A stretch of DNA of 64,000 nt, from sequence record PZ402305.1, one strand, 5' to 3'. This DNA comes from a phage. A program made the translations under genes and the position numbers. Shown here in pieces: positions 17,706 to 26,482 of the stretch. Position 1 is the stretch's first letter, and every line of letters begins with the position of its first letter. The notes beneath the pieces were generated by a model. That model was not told the origin of the DNA. It saw nothing but the letters and a program-made list of their open reading frames with translations, and did no database searches.

Positions 17706-18263
17706 ATGGGCCGCGAATATGTGATCCAGTCTTGGGTAAAACATGAAGCAGATGATCCGCGCATCATTCCCGATCATCTTATCGATGAATCCACGGGATA
17801 TAGCGGTGAGCAAATAGGTAGCAGATTAGCACGTAGTAACGGCAACGTAAAAGCGCGTTATGTGCGCCCTGGCTGGCTGGCAAATGGTAACGCTGATTTA
17901 TCCAGTGCGGAAGATGCGAGCGACGGCGCGAAAGATAATCCTTTGTACAAAGTTGATCCGGCTTTTCGTGTCCTGGATGAATACCCCAGCAAGATAGCGG
18001 CGCTCGATCAGGCCCTGGAAAGTAAGCGCATCACCTGGACCGCTTACAACATGGCAAAAAACGTACTTGATGGTAAATTGATTCAAGCTGAAAGAAAATT
18101 AGCCAAAATTGCAGCCATAGCCCAGGAGGAAGACGAGGAGACAACGGAAGAGGAAGAGTACGAAGAGATCCCGCCGTTGTTGTGCGTTGATGCTTTTCCT
18201 GATTATCAGCCGACAGAGGAAGAAAAAAGGATCGCACTAGAAAACTTTGAAAATAGTCTTTGA
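17706..18263 (+). CDS. hypothetical protein with acidic C-terminus (185 aa)
   Basis: Start moved to ATG after AAAGGTGG; C-terminal EEDEETTEEEEYEE. Confidence 0.6.
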   Translation: MGREYVIQSWVKHEADDPRIIPDHLIDESTGYSGEQIGSRLARSNGNVKARYVRPGWLANGNADLSSAEDASDGAKDNPLYKVDPAFRVLDEYPSKIAALDQALESKRITWTAYNMAKNVLDGKLIQAERKLAKIAAIAQEEDEETTEEEEYEEIPPLLCVDAFPDYQPTEEEKRIALENFENSL

Positions 18264-18316
18264 CATATCGCCGCCACTGGCATAATATTTACCACGTAGG
18301 GCGGCAATGGTGCCGC
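18260..18316 (+). promoter_or_regulatory. Early-type promoter + 5' hairpin module
   Basis: TTGACA overlapping upstream stop; CATAAT; CACGTAGGGCGGCAATGGTGCCGC. Confidence 0.55.
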
Positions 18317-18345
18317 TCATAGTGAAATTATGCAAGAGGCTTACA

Positions 18346-18441
18346 ATGATTAATAAAGAAAATAGCTTGACGGTTGGAACGATTAACGCTATCATTTTCG
18401 CCGTTCCATTTTGGGTTGTATTAGCGGCTATTATTTTCTAA
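18346..18441 (+). CDS. small membrane peptide (31 aa)
   Basis: Not in track; only ORF behind this promoter; hydrophobic; approximate. Confidence 0.35.
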   Translation: MINKENSLTVGTINAIIFAVPFWVVLAAIIF

Positions 18442-18451
18442 AAAAATATTC

Positions 18452-18511
18452 TTGACAACGTTTTTTAATCTGATAAGATGTATCACATAGGGCGGCGGAA
18501 TACTTCCCCGC
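18452..18511 (+). promoter_or_regulatory. Early-type promoter + 5' hairpin module
   Basis: TTGACA ... TAAGAT; hairpin GGCGGCGGAATACTTCCCCGCC. Confidence 0.55.
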
Positions 18512-18533
18512 CAAAACAAAAAAGGGTAACACA

Positions 18534-18896
18534 ATGAGCAAGCAAATCAATACTATCATGTTTAATCTGGTATCTTTCCGCGATGATATGAAAAATTTAC
18601 CACGTGAAACGGTTGATATTCATGTTTCAGCTTATCGCGCCCTTATTGATATGTTACCGCTAAAACGTGATCAACATGCCGCTAATATGATGCTTAATGC
18701 TATGCTTAAAAAGATGATTCAAACGGATCTTACTCTGGCGTATGAGTATCAAGGGCGCTTATATGCTACTTACAACAAAGCGGTACCTGGTCTGGGAAGT
18801 ACCGAAGAGTTGCACGGCTTAAACCTGGATCAAAACACTTGGGATAGTATGCGCCGCGTTATGGTATGGGCCGAAAGCGGTAAAATTTACGAATAA
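18534..18896 (+). CDS. small hypothetical protein (120 aa)
   Basis: Track ORF. Confidence 0.6.
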   Translation: MSKQINTIMFNLVSFRDDMKNLPRETVDIHVSAYRALIDMLPLKRDQHAANMMLNAMLKKMIQTDLTLAYEYQGRLYATYNKAVPGLGSTEELHGLNLDQNTWDSMRRVMVWAESGKIYE

Positions 18897-18902
18897 AAAC
18901 GG

Positions 18903-18958
18903 TTGACACTGTTTAAAATTCTGGTATAGTTTATCACGTAGGGCGGCAATGGTGCCGC
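18903..18958 (+). promoter_or_regulatory. Early-type promoter + 5' hairpin module
   Basis: TTGACA ... TATAGT; CACGTAGGGCGGCAATGGTGCCGCC. Confidence 0.55.
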
Positions 18959-18979
18959 CAATAATAAAAGGTTAACATC

Positions 18980-19159
18980 ATGGCTATCATTGCAAAAACT
19001 GAGATTATAGGTTTAGATTCGATCCTCCTGGCTTATGAGGAAACTTTAAAAATGTATGTAGTGACCTATGGTGATTATGTGCGTGAATACGAATACATTG
19101 ATCTTGCTTTCGAATGTTACATTCGCCAGGTCAATAAAGCCTATAACGATTATCGTTAA
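18980..19159 (+). CDS. small hypothetical protein (59 aa)
   Basis: Not in track; sole ORF behind promoter; approximate. Confidence 0.45.
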   Translation: MAIIAKTEIIGLDSILLAYEETLKMYVVTYGDYVREYEYIDLAFECYIRQVNKAYNDYR

Positions 19160-19178
19160 AAGTTTTAGTCTTATACTA

Positions 19179-19236
19179 TTGACAATGAGTGATAGTATAA
19201 GCATAATAACTTTTATCGGGAATACTTCCCACTAAC
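19179..19236 (+). promoter_or_regulatory. Early-type promoter + 5' hairpin module
   Basis: TTGACA-N17-CATAAT; hairpin GGGAATACTTCCC. Confidence 0.5.
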
Positions 19237-19256
19237 CAAAAAGAGAGAGTGACACC

Positions 19257-19622
19257 ATGGCTATTAATATCAATGTTTCCGTTTATGCTACCCTGGCTGA
19301 CACGGCTAAAATTGAATTATCCAGCATTGAGGCGGTGCATATTAGCGCCCGTCGCTGGTTTCAACAGTCCTACGGTAACACATATTTTTCTTTAATAGTT
19401 GACGTTGAGATCGGCGGTAAACTGATCGAGGTGGTTAACGTTCCGTTTCAATATGGCTATGGTGATCATTTTGATACCGTCGCCCTGGAAGAATTTAGCA
19501 AGGTTATCAACCTTGAGGGCAAGGAATTTTCACGCGGCGCGTATCTTTCCCGTTTTTGCCGTGACAATGGGATCACTGTATACAGTCATGCAAGCGATGT
19601 AAAACGTAAAAAAGATTTATAA
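19257..19622 (+). CDS. small hypothetical protein (121 aa)
   Basis: Track ORF. Confidence 0.6.
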   Translation: MAININVSVYATLADTAKIELSSIEAVHISARRWFQQSYGNTYFSLIVDVEIGGKLIEVVNVPFQYGYGDHFDTVALEEFSKVINLEGKEFSRGAYLSRFCRDNGITVYSHASDVKRKKDL

Positions 19623-19627
19623 AAGTA

Positions 19628-19690
19628 TTGACAGCACGAATAAAAAGAGTAAACTGTATTACATAGAGAGCGGGAACACTTCCCGCCTCA
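19628..19690 (+). promoter_or_regulatory. Early-type promoter + 5' hairpin module
   Basis: TTGACA-N16-TAAACT; hairpin GCGGGAACACTTCCCGCC. Confidence 0.55.
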
Positions 19691-19710
19691 CTGAAAAAGA
19701 GAGAAAAATC

Positions 19711-19950
19711 ATGGCTAAATCTAAAATGTACAACGGTCACAAAAACAAAACTCATTGGAATGTAAGCCTTTGGATTAATAACGATGAATCATTATATCGG
19801 TTGGCGAAAGAATTTATCGCCGCTAATACTAATCGTAATGATGCTGCGCGGGATATGATGCTTTTTCTGGAACAAACTGGACAAGATAAAACGCCAGACG
19901 GTTTCAAATATAGCACTACTGCGATCCGCGCCGCGATGGTTGGAATGTAA
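19711..19950 (+). CDS. small hypothetical protein (79 aa)
   Basis: Track ORF. Confidence 0.6.
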   Translation: MAKSKMYNGHKNKTHWNVSLWINNDESLYRLAKEFIAANTNRNDAARDMMLFLEQTGQDKTPDGFKYSTTAIRAAMVGM

Positions 19951-19959
19951 TAAAAACAG

Positions 19960-20017
19960 TTGACAACGTTTAAAATTAGTGTAAGATGTATCACATAGGG
20001 CGGGAAGTGGTTTCCCG
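19960..20017 (+). promoter_or_regulatory. Early-type promoter + 5' hairpin module
   Basis: TTGACA ... TAAGAT; hairpin GGGCGGGAAGTGGTTTCCCGCC. Confidence 0.55.
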
Positions 20018-20041
20018 CCAACAACAGAGAGATTAAAGATT

Positions 20042-20269
20042 ATGGCTATCAATATTGTTCGCGTATCCGGCACCGTTGGCACTTCCCAGGTTATTGCAGT
20101 TGTAACAAACAAAAAGATTAATGATGTATGTGAGATCTTGAATAAGTGGGCTATTGCTAATTTTGGGGAATATGCAAGCGTCGAGTACATCGAATCCTAC
20201 CAGGTGCCAACCATCAGCCTAACCGATCTCAACGTTGATCGCCTGTTATGCCTGGATGAATTAATCTGA
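20042..20269 (+). CDS. small hypothetical protein (75 aa)
   Basis: Track ORF. Confidence 0.6.
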   Translation: MAINIVRVSGTVGTSQVIAVVTNKKINDVCEILNKWAIANFGEYASVEYIESYQVPTISLTDLNVDRLLCLDELI

Positions 20270-20278
20270 AAAAGATTG

Positions 20279-20335
20279 TTGACACGGGAAAGAAAAAGAG
20301 TAAACTATATTACGTAGGGCGGCAATGGTGCCGCT
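20279..20335 (+). promoter_or_regulatory. Early-type promoter + 5' hairpin module
   Basis: TTGACA-N16-TAAACT; ACGTAGGGCGGCAATGGTGCCGC. Confidence 0.55.
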
Positions 20336-20359
20336 CACAACAGAAGAGAGATTATCACG

Positions 20360-20572
20360 ATGGCTAATATCCGCACACTGTTAAAAAATGCAAAACAAGT
20401 TTTATTTTCTGATCACAATCATTTTAATAAAGATATTACAGGCGTGAAGAATATCAAAGATGTAAAAAGTGTTATGGGTATATATTGCAATGTTAAACGT
20501 GTTGGAACGTTCGGTGACAAGGTATTGTATCAATCAGGTGATTACAATTTTACTTTGACGATTATTTCATAA
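20360..20572 (+). CDS. small hypothetical protein (70 aa)
   Basis: Track ORF. Confidence 0.6.
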   Translation: MANIRTLLKNAKQVLFSDHNHFNKDITGVKNIKDVKSVMGIYCNVKRVGTFGDKVLYQSGDYNFTLTIIS

Positions 20573-20577
20573 AACGC

Positions 20578-20639
20578 TTGCAATACTGCAAAAATAAAGT
20601 AAACTGTATTACATCAAGGCGGGGAATGGTCCACCGCCT
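20578..20639 (+). promoter_or_regulatory. Early-type promoter + 5' hairpin module
   Basis: TTGCAA ... TAAACT; hairpin GGCGGGGAATGGTCCACCGCC. Confidence 0.5.
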
Positions 20640-20662
20640 AACAAAGAGAAGAGGAAAACATC

Positions 20663-20830
20663 ATGATTACTTTTACTACCCGTGAAGCCGCTCGCAACGT
20701 TGCACGTAAAGTTAACGCCGCCAACCTGGGTGCTACGCTTAAAGCCCCTGTAAAAGATGAATCAGGCAAATGGATCTTCCCTGGTCTGCGTCATGCTGAC
20801 AAGTTAGGTACTTTAAGCCTTAAAAAATAA
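20663..20830 (+). CDS. small hypothetical protein (55 aa)
   Basis: Not in track; approximate. Confidence 0.45.
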   Translation: MITFTTREAARNVARKVNAANLGATLKAPVKDESGKWIFPGLRHADKLGTLSLKK

Positions 20831-20833
20831 TCG

Positions 20834-20880
20834 TTGACTTTTCGTTATAGCGCCTTATAATGGGCGCTATAGAGAAGAGA
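20834..20880 (+). promoter_or_regulatory. Promoter with -10 embedded in a palindrome
   Basis: TTGACT-N16-TATAAT inside inverted repeat ATAGCGCC/GGCGCTAT. Confidence 0.5.
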
Positions 20881-20908
20881 AACCAATCACCAGAAAGAGA
20901 GAAAGAAA

Positions 20909-21127
20909 ATGGCAATCCGTAAAATTAAAGTTGTTTGCATTGAATCAACTGGTGGCGCGTTTGTAGTTGGTCAGAAGTATAATGCGGTTTTAATGGGCGT
21001 GGATTGGAAGGTTAAAGGTCTTGACGGTTACGAATACGGCACTACTCGCGGCTTGCGTGGTCGAATCGGATACGTGAGCTTTGACAACAAAGAAAAATTT
21101 GTTTTCGATACTGTTATGAGTAAATAG
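20909..21127 (+). CDS. small hypothetical protein (72 aa)
   Basis: Track ORF. Confidence 0.6.
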   Translation: MAIRKIKVVCIESTGGAFVVGQKYNAVLMGVDWKVKGLDGYEYGTTRGLRGRIGYVSFDNKEKFVFDTVMSK

Positions 21128-21200
21128 CACGAATTGCTAAAAACTAATCTGCGAATTGCTGTAATATCAACTAATCGAAACACATAAAGAGAAAAACATC

Positions 21201-21422
21201 ATGATCACTTTCGCTATTGTCACCGTTGTCGCTGGTCAAGTTTACGTAAATGAGACATTTACTACAGAAGACAAAGCAGCAGGAGATATAACCGCCGTTT
21301 ACAACGAGTGCAAGGCAGTAGAAAGGATGTTAGCGCCTTGTATGCTAATGAGTGAACGCCAGGACGGGATAACAGTGTTTAGCAACATTGAAACAGGGTA
21401 CCAAATGGTAGTAACAAAATAA
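21201..21422 (+). CDS. small hypothetical protein (73 aa)
   Basis: Track ORF. Confidence 0.6.
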   Translation: MITFAIVTVVAGQVYVNETFTTEDKAAGDITAVYNECKAVERMLAPCMLMSERQDGITVFSNIETGYQMVVTK

Positions 21423-21426
21423 AACT

Positions 21427-21485
21427 TGACACAGATTTAATTTTCAGTAAACTGTTACACATAGGGCGGGAATAGTTCCCGCTAA
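21427..21485 (+). promoter_or_regulatory. Early-type promoter + 5' hairpin module
   Basis: TTGACA ... TAAACT; hairpin GCGGGAATAGTTCCCGC. Confidence 0.55.
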
Positions 21486-21500
21486 AAAGAGAGAAAGACC

Positions 21501-21854
21501 ATGAAAGCACAAAATGCAATTAAAGAGTACATCCTTGCCGCTATCGATTTTAATGATTATGGTATTACAACCGAAAAAGAGAAGATCGCGGAATTGATGC
21601 GCCGTTTTAATTCCGAGTACTGGTACCCTGATAATCAATCACGTTTTAATTATAGTATTGTTAAAGCACTTGCATCATGGTTACAAGGTTTGCCATCAGA
21701 CATTAATATCGCTTTCGAATATTGGGAAATTGATCGTTTGTTAACATCCTGGGGATACATTAAAGAGAATAGCAGCGATGATAAAATCCAACGAGAAAGG
21801 GAAAATTATTGGCTTTATATTGCAGGCGTGATCCTTGCTTGCTCTTATGAATGA
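21501..21854 (+). CDS. small hypothetical protein (117 aa)
   Basis: Track ORF. Confidence 0.6.
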   Translation: MKAQNAIKEYILAAIDFNDYGITTEKEKIAELMRRFNSEYWYPDNQSRFNYSIVKALASWLQGLPSDINIAFEYWEIDRLLTSWGYIKENSSDDKIQRERENYWLYIAGVILACSYE

Positions 21855-21860
21855 TAAACC

Positions 21861-21918
21861 TTGACAATTTTACAAAACAGCTTAAATTAATAATATAGCG
21901 GCAATGGTGCCGCTCATA
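21861..21918 (+). promoter_or_regulatory. Early-type promoter + 5' hairpin module
   Basis: TTGACA ... TAATAT; hairpin GCGGCAATGGTGCCGC. Confidence 0.55.
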
Positions 21919-21933
21919 TAAAGAGGAAACAAA

Positions 21934-22080
21934 ATGAATACATCTAATCGCGCAGAAAAAATTCAATCTCCCAAGATCCGCAAGGCCTGGAACGAGGAAG
22001 TGATCCGCAAAGGCGACAAGCGTAATAAAACAAAGCGCGGGAAGAGTGACAAATATAATTGGATGGATTTAGAGGATTAA
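21934..22080 (+). CDS. small basic protein (48 aa)
   Basis: Not in track; Lys/Arg-rich; followed by terminator; approximate. Confidence 0.45.
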   Translation: MNTSNRAEKIQSPKIRKAWNEEVIRKGDKRNKTKRGKSDKYNWMDLED

Positions 22081-22084
22081 CATA

Positions 22085-22115
22085 ACAAGGGCGCACCAAG
22101 CGCCCTTTCTTTTTA
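22085..22115 (+). terminator. Rho-independent terminator
   Basis: AAGGGCGCACCAAGCGCCCTTTCTTTTT; same hairpin recurs at 27172. Confidence 0.6.
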
Positions 22116-22135
22116 CATGTAGAGGATAAACAAAA

Positions 22136-22321
22136 ATGACTTTAAACGAGCTTAAAACAGCCTACAACGCAACGTTAAAAATAGCCGTGCGTTACCGTGA
22201 CGAATACGGTTTTATTGCGCAGGGCGTGATCCTGGGCTTTTCTGACGATGGTTTGATTTATGTTGATGCACATCACAACAAGGTTAAACCGGAAAACGTT
22301 ATCAGTATAAAATATCTTTAA
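22136..22321 (+). CDS. small hypothetical protein (61 aa)
   Basis: Track ORF. Confidence 0.55.
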   Translation: MTLNELKTAYNATLKIAVRYRDEYGFIAQGVILGFSDDGLIYVDAHHNKVKPENVISIKYL

Positions 22322-22327
22322 AAGTGG

Positions 22328-22390
22328 TTGACACCATAACCGGACCTGTTAAACTGTATTACATCAGGCGGGGGAATAGTTCCCCACCAT
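22328..22390 (+). promoter_or_regulatory. Early-type promoter + 5' hairpin module
   Basis: TTGACA ... TAAACT; hairpin GGCGGGGGAATAGTTCCCCACC. Confidence 0.55.
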
Positions 22391-22407
22391 ACAAAAAGGT
22401 AAATATT

Positions 22408-22614
22408 ATGATCACCGCAAAACAAGAAAAAATCATTATCGACGTTGCAGCCGTTGCCGCTATTGCTATTATTGGATCTTATTATGATACCCGTTTCCCG
22501 TCGGCTATGCATGAGGTCGCCGCCGTTGCATCAGTTGGCGTACTGTTTTACGTTGGTAAACGCTATTTATCACCAATGATTAACAAGCTGACACCGTGGA
22601 AAAATAAAGGTTGA
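22408..22614 (+). CDS. small membrane protein (68 aa)
   Basis: Start moved to ATG after promoter; two hydrophobic segments. Confidence 0.55.
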   Translation: MITAKQEKIIIDVAAVAAIAIIGSYYDTRFPSAMHEVAAVASVGVLFYVGKRYLSPMINKLTPWKNKG

Positions 22615-22685
22615 TCCTGTTTTATATTGTGTTATAGTTATCGTGTAGGGCGGCAATGGTGCCGCGCCCCTTTGAGGATGCAATC

Positions 22686-22970
22686 ATGAGTAAAGCTAAC
22701 ACCGTGCTAATGTTTTCCCTGATTAATGATCCCGCTTACTTGTCCAACATGACGCAGGAGGGTAACACATTAACGGCAACATTCACCAATAAGCTTGACC
22801 GAGTGATCATCATCTCACTGAAAACAGTTAGTAAAGGCTTTTACTCGTTAGCTTATCATTGGATCACTGATACCGATGAGACAAGCCAGGACTATAGCGC
22901 CCCTTTCCCTGAATCAATGGCACGGGAGATCATCGCCGCCGTTGTAAATGATGGTTTGTTTACTGCATAA
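22686..22970 (+). CDS. small hypothetical protein (94 aa)
   Basis: Start moved to ATG after GAGG; hairpin GGGCGGCAATGGTGCCGC in leader. Confidence 0.55.
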   Translation: MSKANTVLMFSLINDPAYLSNMTQEGNTLTATFTNKLDRVIIISLKTVSKGFYSLAYHWITDTDETSQDYSAPFPESMAREIIAAVVNDGLFTA

Positions 22971-22985
22971 AAATTTAGAAAAGGC

Positions 22986-23045
22986 TTGCAATAATTTTGA
23001 GATAGTGTATATTTAATTCATAGGGCGGCGGGAATAGTTCCCAAA
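22986..23045 (+). promoter_or_regulatory. Early-type promoter + 5' hairpin module
   Basis: TTGCAA ... TATATT; hairpin GGGAATAGTTCCC. Confidence 0.5.
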
Positions 23046-23065
23046 GCAAACGAGAGGATTACACG

Positions 23066-23185
23066 ATGAGCAAGTACACAGTAGAATACACGGTAGAGAA
23101 TCCGGCAGTATCCGAAGGTAAAAAGATGACATTTGCCATCAGTATAATCGCTTTCGTTGTCACTATCTTATCAATCATCTTATAA
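23066..23185 (+). CDS. small membrane peptide (39 aa)
   Basis: Not in track; hydrophobic C-terminal half; approximate. Confidence 0.4.
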   Translation: MSKYTVEYTVENPAVSEGKKMTFAISIIAFVVTILSIIL

Positions 23186-23195
23186 GGTGCACACC

Positions 23196-23357
23196 ATGAA
23201 AATAACAGACATTATCAAAGAGATCGCCCTTGCCGCTGGCGTTGAAGTCGAGGAAGTGATCGCGCTCAATCTTACAGAAAACGATCTGCGCAACTATGAA
23301 GCGGAAAGCGTGAAAGCAAGCGGCGCGGTCCTGGTATATGATCCGGCTAACAAGTAA
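23196..23357 (+). CDS. small hypothetical protein (53 aa)
   Basis: In-frame ATG within track ORF 23157..23357. Confidence 0.5.
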   Translation: MKITDIIKEIALAAGVEVEEVIALNLTENDLRNYEAESVKASGAVLVYDPANK

Positions 23358-23366
23358 GGGGATAAC

Positions 23367-23477
23367 ATGAATCCGAAAGATATGCAAGCATGGAAAGGGT
23401 ACGACGATCTAAGCGCCTTGCGCAATAAGTCAAGCCGTAACCTTAGACGGTTGGAAGCAAAGAAAAAGAAAAAATAG
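23367..23477 (+). CDS. small basic peptide (36 aa)
   Basis: Not in track; AAGGGGA upstream; C-terminal KKKKK; approximate. Confidence 0.35.
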   Translation: MNPKDMQAWKGYDDLSALRNKSSRNLRRLEAKKKKK

Positions 23478-23478
23478 T

Positions 23479-23535
23479 TTGACAAGTCCGCGTAGTCTGA
23501 TAATATGTATCTTGTAGGGCGGCAATGGTGCCGCT
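23479..23535 (+). promoter_or_regulatory. Early-type promoter + 5' hairpin module
   Basis: TTGACA-N17-TAATAT; TTGTAGGGCGGCAATGGTGCCGC. Confidence 0.55.
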
Positions 23536-23555
23536 CACAAGAAGAGAGAAAAATC

Positions 23556-23840
23556 ATGAAAATTACAAAAAGCCTAACTAATTATGCAGCACGTCGCGGA
23601 TTATGTTTAACCGTTGAAAACTTAGGGAAAGAAGACTTTTTGTGTTTTTGGGAGCTTGAAAATGATTGCGAGTGGATGTTTTCTTATTCTATCTGCGAAG
23701 ATCAAAACGGTTGTTTGTTAACCTGGCGCGGTAATATCTATTTACCGGAAGAAATCAAAGAGGAACTACCAGGCACGATCATGACTGAGAAACAGCTTAA
23801 GGAAGTGATCAATTTTGTAGGGCAAAACATTAAAAAATAA
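23556..23840 (+). CDS. small hypothetical protein (94 aa)
   Basis: Start moved to ATG after promoter/hairpin. Confidence 0.6.
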   Translation: MKITKSLTNYAARRGLCLTVENLGKEDFLCFWELENDCEWMFSYSICEDQNGCLLTWRGNIYLPEEIKEELPGTIMTEKQLKEVINFVGQNIKK

Positions 23841-23841
23841 T

Positions 23842-23905
23842 TTGACAGTAGGCAAACAACGTAGTAAAGTTTATTACATAGAGCGGCGGAATGGTCCACC
23901 GCTCA
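23842..23905 (+). promoter_or_regulatory. Early-type promoter + 5' hairpin module
   Basis: TTGACA ... TAAAGT; hairpin GCGGCGGAATGGTCCACCGCTC. Confidence 0.55.
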
Positions 23906-23925
23906 CAACAGAAGAGAAACAAATC

Positions 23926-24096
23926 ATGATCCCGACTATGTTTTATGTATCGCGCAAAGGTCACAATATTTTTTGGTCTGAAGATTTAAATGAAGCTATG
24001 ACGTTTGCCCGTAATCGTGTTGCTATCGGTGGCGTTAACATCACCGTAACCGATGAAAATGGCATTGAATACTATAACGGCGACGATGAAGAATAA
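23926..24096 (+). CDS. small hypothetical protein (56 aa)
   Basis: Start moved to ATG after promoter/hairpin. Confidence 0.55.
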   Translation: MIPTMFYVSRKGHNIFWSEDLNEAMTFARNRVAIGGVNITVTDENGIEYYNGDDEE

Positions 24097-24174
24097 TTAA
24101 TGAGGCGGGGGGAGTATTCCCCGCCGTCAATATGGCGGGGCAATAAGGCAACGCCCATTAATGAGGGTAAAATC

Positions 24175-24279
24175 ATGTTAGAGAAAATTTTCACGGTTGC
24201 AGTGGTTGGCCTGGCGTTATCGGTTGGAGTGGTTGCAACTATGGCTAACATGATCCTATCTTCCCACGGTATCGGTTAA
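24175..24279 (+). CDS. small membrane peptide (34 aa)
   Basis: Not in track; preceded by two GC hairpins; approximate. Confidence 0.35.
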   Translation: MLEKIFTVAVVGLALSVGVVATMANMILSSHGIG

Positions 24280-24289
24280 GGTGAAACAA

Positions 24290-24505
24290 ATGATCACGAA
24301 CAAAACAGGCAAAACGGAATTTTTACGCGGCTTACAAGTTGGTAAGCCTGAGATCTGGCATTGCACGAAGTCCGCGCATAATGAAATGAAAGATTTCACC
24401 GCTACTTTACAACGTGTTAAAATATCTATTACACAGAAAAAAGCCTTGTTAGTAGTAGAAAACGAGATCCCACAAACTATTATTATTGTCGAGCGTACAG
24501 CATGA
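24290..24505 (+). CDS. small hypothetical protein (71 aa)
   Basis: AGGTGA then ATG at 24290. Confidence 0.55.
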   Translation: MITNKTGKTEFLRGLQVGKPEIWHCTKSAHNEMKDFTATLQRVKISITQKKALLVVENEIPQTIIIVERTA

Positions 24506-24888
24506 AAACAGAAATCATTATTGAAATCATCAACGGCTATAAAGAAGCTTTTATTTTTGCTGAATCAGCAAGGGATCATGAAGGTAATTTTATTGATAAC
24601 TTAGACGATTATGATTTTTCTCCTAGCGCGGACGAACGGATCGCCCAGGATGTAACAGCCTTTATTAATGCTAATCTTGCCGCTATCTCTGAGGCAATGA
24701 GCGACGGCGCAACAGCCAACCAGATCGGGAATGATTTACATTTTACCCGTAACAGTCACGGCGTAGGCTTTTGGGATCGCCCTGAAATATACACCACTAA
24801 CACGGCGAACCGCCTAACCAATGCAGCTAAGTTTATGCCGAACGTGTCGGCTTACATTGGTGAAGATAATTTGATTTATATTGAATAA
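24502..24888 (+). CDS. small hypothetical protein (128 aa)
   Basis: Track ORF, ATGA overlap. Confidence 0.6.
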   Translation: MKTEIIIEIINGYKEAFIFAESARDHEGNFIDNLDDYDFSPSADERIAQDVTAFINANLAAISEAMSDGATANQIGNDLHFTRNSHGVGFWDRPEIYTTNTANRLTNAAKFMPNVSAYIGEDNLIYIE

Positions 24889-24894
24889 AAAGTA

Positions 24895-24950
24895 TTGACA
24901 CAGATCGCCAGTGTGCTAATATTTACCACGTAGGGCGGCAATGGTGCCGC
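24895..24950 (+). promoter_or_regulatory. Early-type promoter + 5' hairpin module
   Basis: TTGACA ... TAATAT; CACGTAGGGCGGCAATGGTGCCGC. Confidence 0.55.
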
Positions 24951-24971
24951 TCCCCGAAAAAGGTAAACATT

Positions 24972-25163
24972 ATGGAAACCATCTCCTACCTGGAATCGAA
25001 TAACATGTTTTTTGCGCCCGTTGATGAAATCATCGAAGCATTAAACAACGAGGAAGGGATCAAAGGTTTATCTTATAGCCAACTTTTAGGAATGGTTGCA
25101 GCAAATGAAGAGCTTGCTTACTATGTTGAAAATTTTGATGAAGCTGTAATCTTTACAAAATAA
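24972..25163 (+). CDS. small hypothetical protein (63 aa)
   Basis: Track ORF. Confidence 0.6.
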   Translation: METISYLESNNMFFAPVDEIIEALNNEEGIKGLSYSQLLGMVAANEELAYYVENFDEAVIFTK

Positions 25164-25166
25164 TCC

Positions 25167-25225
25167 TTGATCTAATCTCTTAGATAACTTATATTTAATG
25201 CGTAGGGCGGCAATGGTGCCGCCGA
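25167..25225 (+). promoter_or_regulatory. Early-type promoter + 5' hairpin module
   Basis: TTGATC ... TATATT; GCGTAGGGCGGCAATGGTGCCGCC. Confidence 0.5.
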
Positions 25226-25241
25226 TAATGAGGAAAGTAAA

Positions 25242-25541
25242 ATGGAAACTATCGCTATTGTTACCGTAGAAAAACTGGTTGTTGGTGATGTATTCGCGTT
25301 AATGGTGCCTAACAGCAGCAAACTGGGCGCTTATGAAGTAATGGATCATAAAAATGAATCATTTGGCGACGGTTGCACAATGGCGGTAAAATCTTTAAAG
25401 GATGGAATCATCCGCCAGGCTAACTGGCACAAAGGGAATCAAGTCGGTTTAATATCAGCTAATTTCTTGCCAGAAGAGCAAACGTTAGACCAACTATCAG
25501 GCGGTAAGACGTTAGCCGAGCTACTGGAAACAGCGATCTAA
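25242..25541 (+). CDS. small hypothetical protein (99 aa)
   Basis: Track ORF. Confidence 0.6.
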   Translation: METIAIVTVEKLVVGDVFALMVPNSSKLGAYEVMDHKNESFGDGCTMAVKSLKDGIIRQANWHKGNQVGLISANFLPEEQTLDQLSGGKTLAELLETAI

Positions 25542-25585
25542 TCAACAAAGGGGCGGCAACGCCCCACATCAGAAAGGAAAAGATT

Positions 25586-25822
25586 ATGAGTATTGCAACA
25601 GTATTAAACGCCGTTAAAACCGCTGAATCATCCGGCTTGCATGTTGAGCTTATAGATCAACCAGGTGGCGATCTCCTTGTCCAGGTTTACCCGCCGAAAG
25701 TAGGGGATGATCATTATTGGTGCTATTCTGATACGTTCGAACAAGTAGACACGAAAGCGATCACGGCTTTTATTTTAAAAGCTATTGAAGAAAATAACTT
25801 TCATTATAACATCAATCAATAA
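25586..25822 (+). CDS. small hypothetical protein (78 aa)
   Basis: Track ORF; leader hairpin GGGGCGGCAACGCCCCAC. Confidence 0.6.
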   Translation: MSIATVLNAVKTAESSGLHVELIDQPGGDLLVQVYPPKVGDDHYWCYSDTFEQVDTKAITAFILKAIEENNFHYNINQ

Positions 25823-25879
25823 ACTTTAAGCAGGGGGCGGTAACGCCCTATTAAACGCAATAGGAAGAGGATAGAAAGC

Positions 25880-26170
25880 ATGAAAAAGATGATCGCAGTA
25901 GTTGCCCTGGTTGTTGGTATTAACGCGCCTGTAATGGCTAATGATTTGCCTGAATCCATCGCGTTAACCGATATCAACGCGGTAAACCGGATCGGCGTTA
26001 ATTATCGCCTATGCCTTGCCGCTAAAACTTTCCAGGACGGCACGACAGAATACCACGGATTCGAGGGTGTCCGGTGCGGTGAGCTTGCACGCGACCTTAA
26101 GGAAGATCCAGACCTTGAGGCCATACCGATGACCGTAAACGGTAAAGCTTACGTAAACCGCCAACAATGA
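25880..26170 (+). CDS. small secreted protein with signal peptide (96 aa)
   Basis: MKKMIAVVALVVGINAPVMAND; leader hairpin GGGGGCGGTAACGCCC. Confidence 0.6.
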   Translation: MKKMIAVVALVVGINAPVMANDLPESIALTDINAVNRIGVNYRLCLAAKTFQDGTTEYHGFEGVRCGELARDLKEDPDLEAIPMTVNGKAYVNRQQ

Positions 26171-26181
26171 GAAAGGTAATC

Positions 26182-26409
26182 ATGACAATGGGGATCATAG
26201 TAGCAACGCTGGCGCTGATCCCCTTCCTGGTTGAATATGTGCTGATTAGTGTTGTCCTGGTAGTCAGTGACTTATTGGAAACGGTTGGCACCTGGGAGCA
26301 GGGGAAGATAATCACCGGACGACCCCGCTATATATTGATAGCTAACATCTATCAAACAACAAAACATCAAAGAGATAAACTATCAAATCTTTACAATCCT
26401 ACCTATTGA
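26182..26409 (+). CDS. small membrane protein (75 aa)
   Basis: Start moved to ATG after AAAGG; hydrophobic N-terminal half. Confidence 0.55.
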   Translation: MTMGIIVATLALIPFLVEYVLISVVLVVSDLLETVGTWEQGKIITGRPRYILIANIYQTTKHQRDKLSNLYNPTY

Positions 26410-26465
26410 CACCGGATCACGCTTACATTATCATTTATCACGTAGGGCGGGAATGTTTCCCGCCT
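26406..26465 (+). promoter_or_regulatory. Early-type promoter + 5' hairpin module
   Basis: TTGACA ... CATTAT; CACGTAGGGCGGGAATGTTTCCCGCC. Confidence 0.55.
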
Positions 26466-26482
26466 GATTTAGGAGTCATATC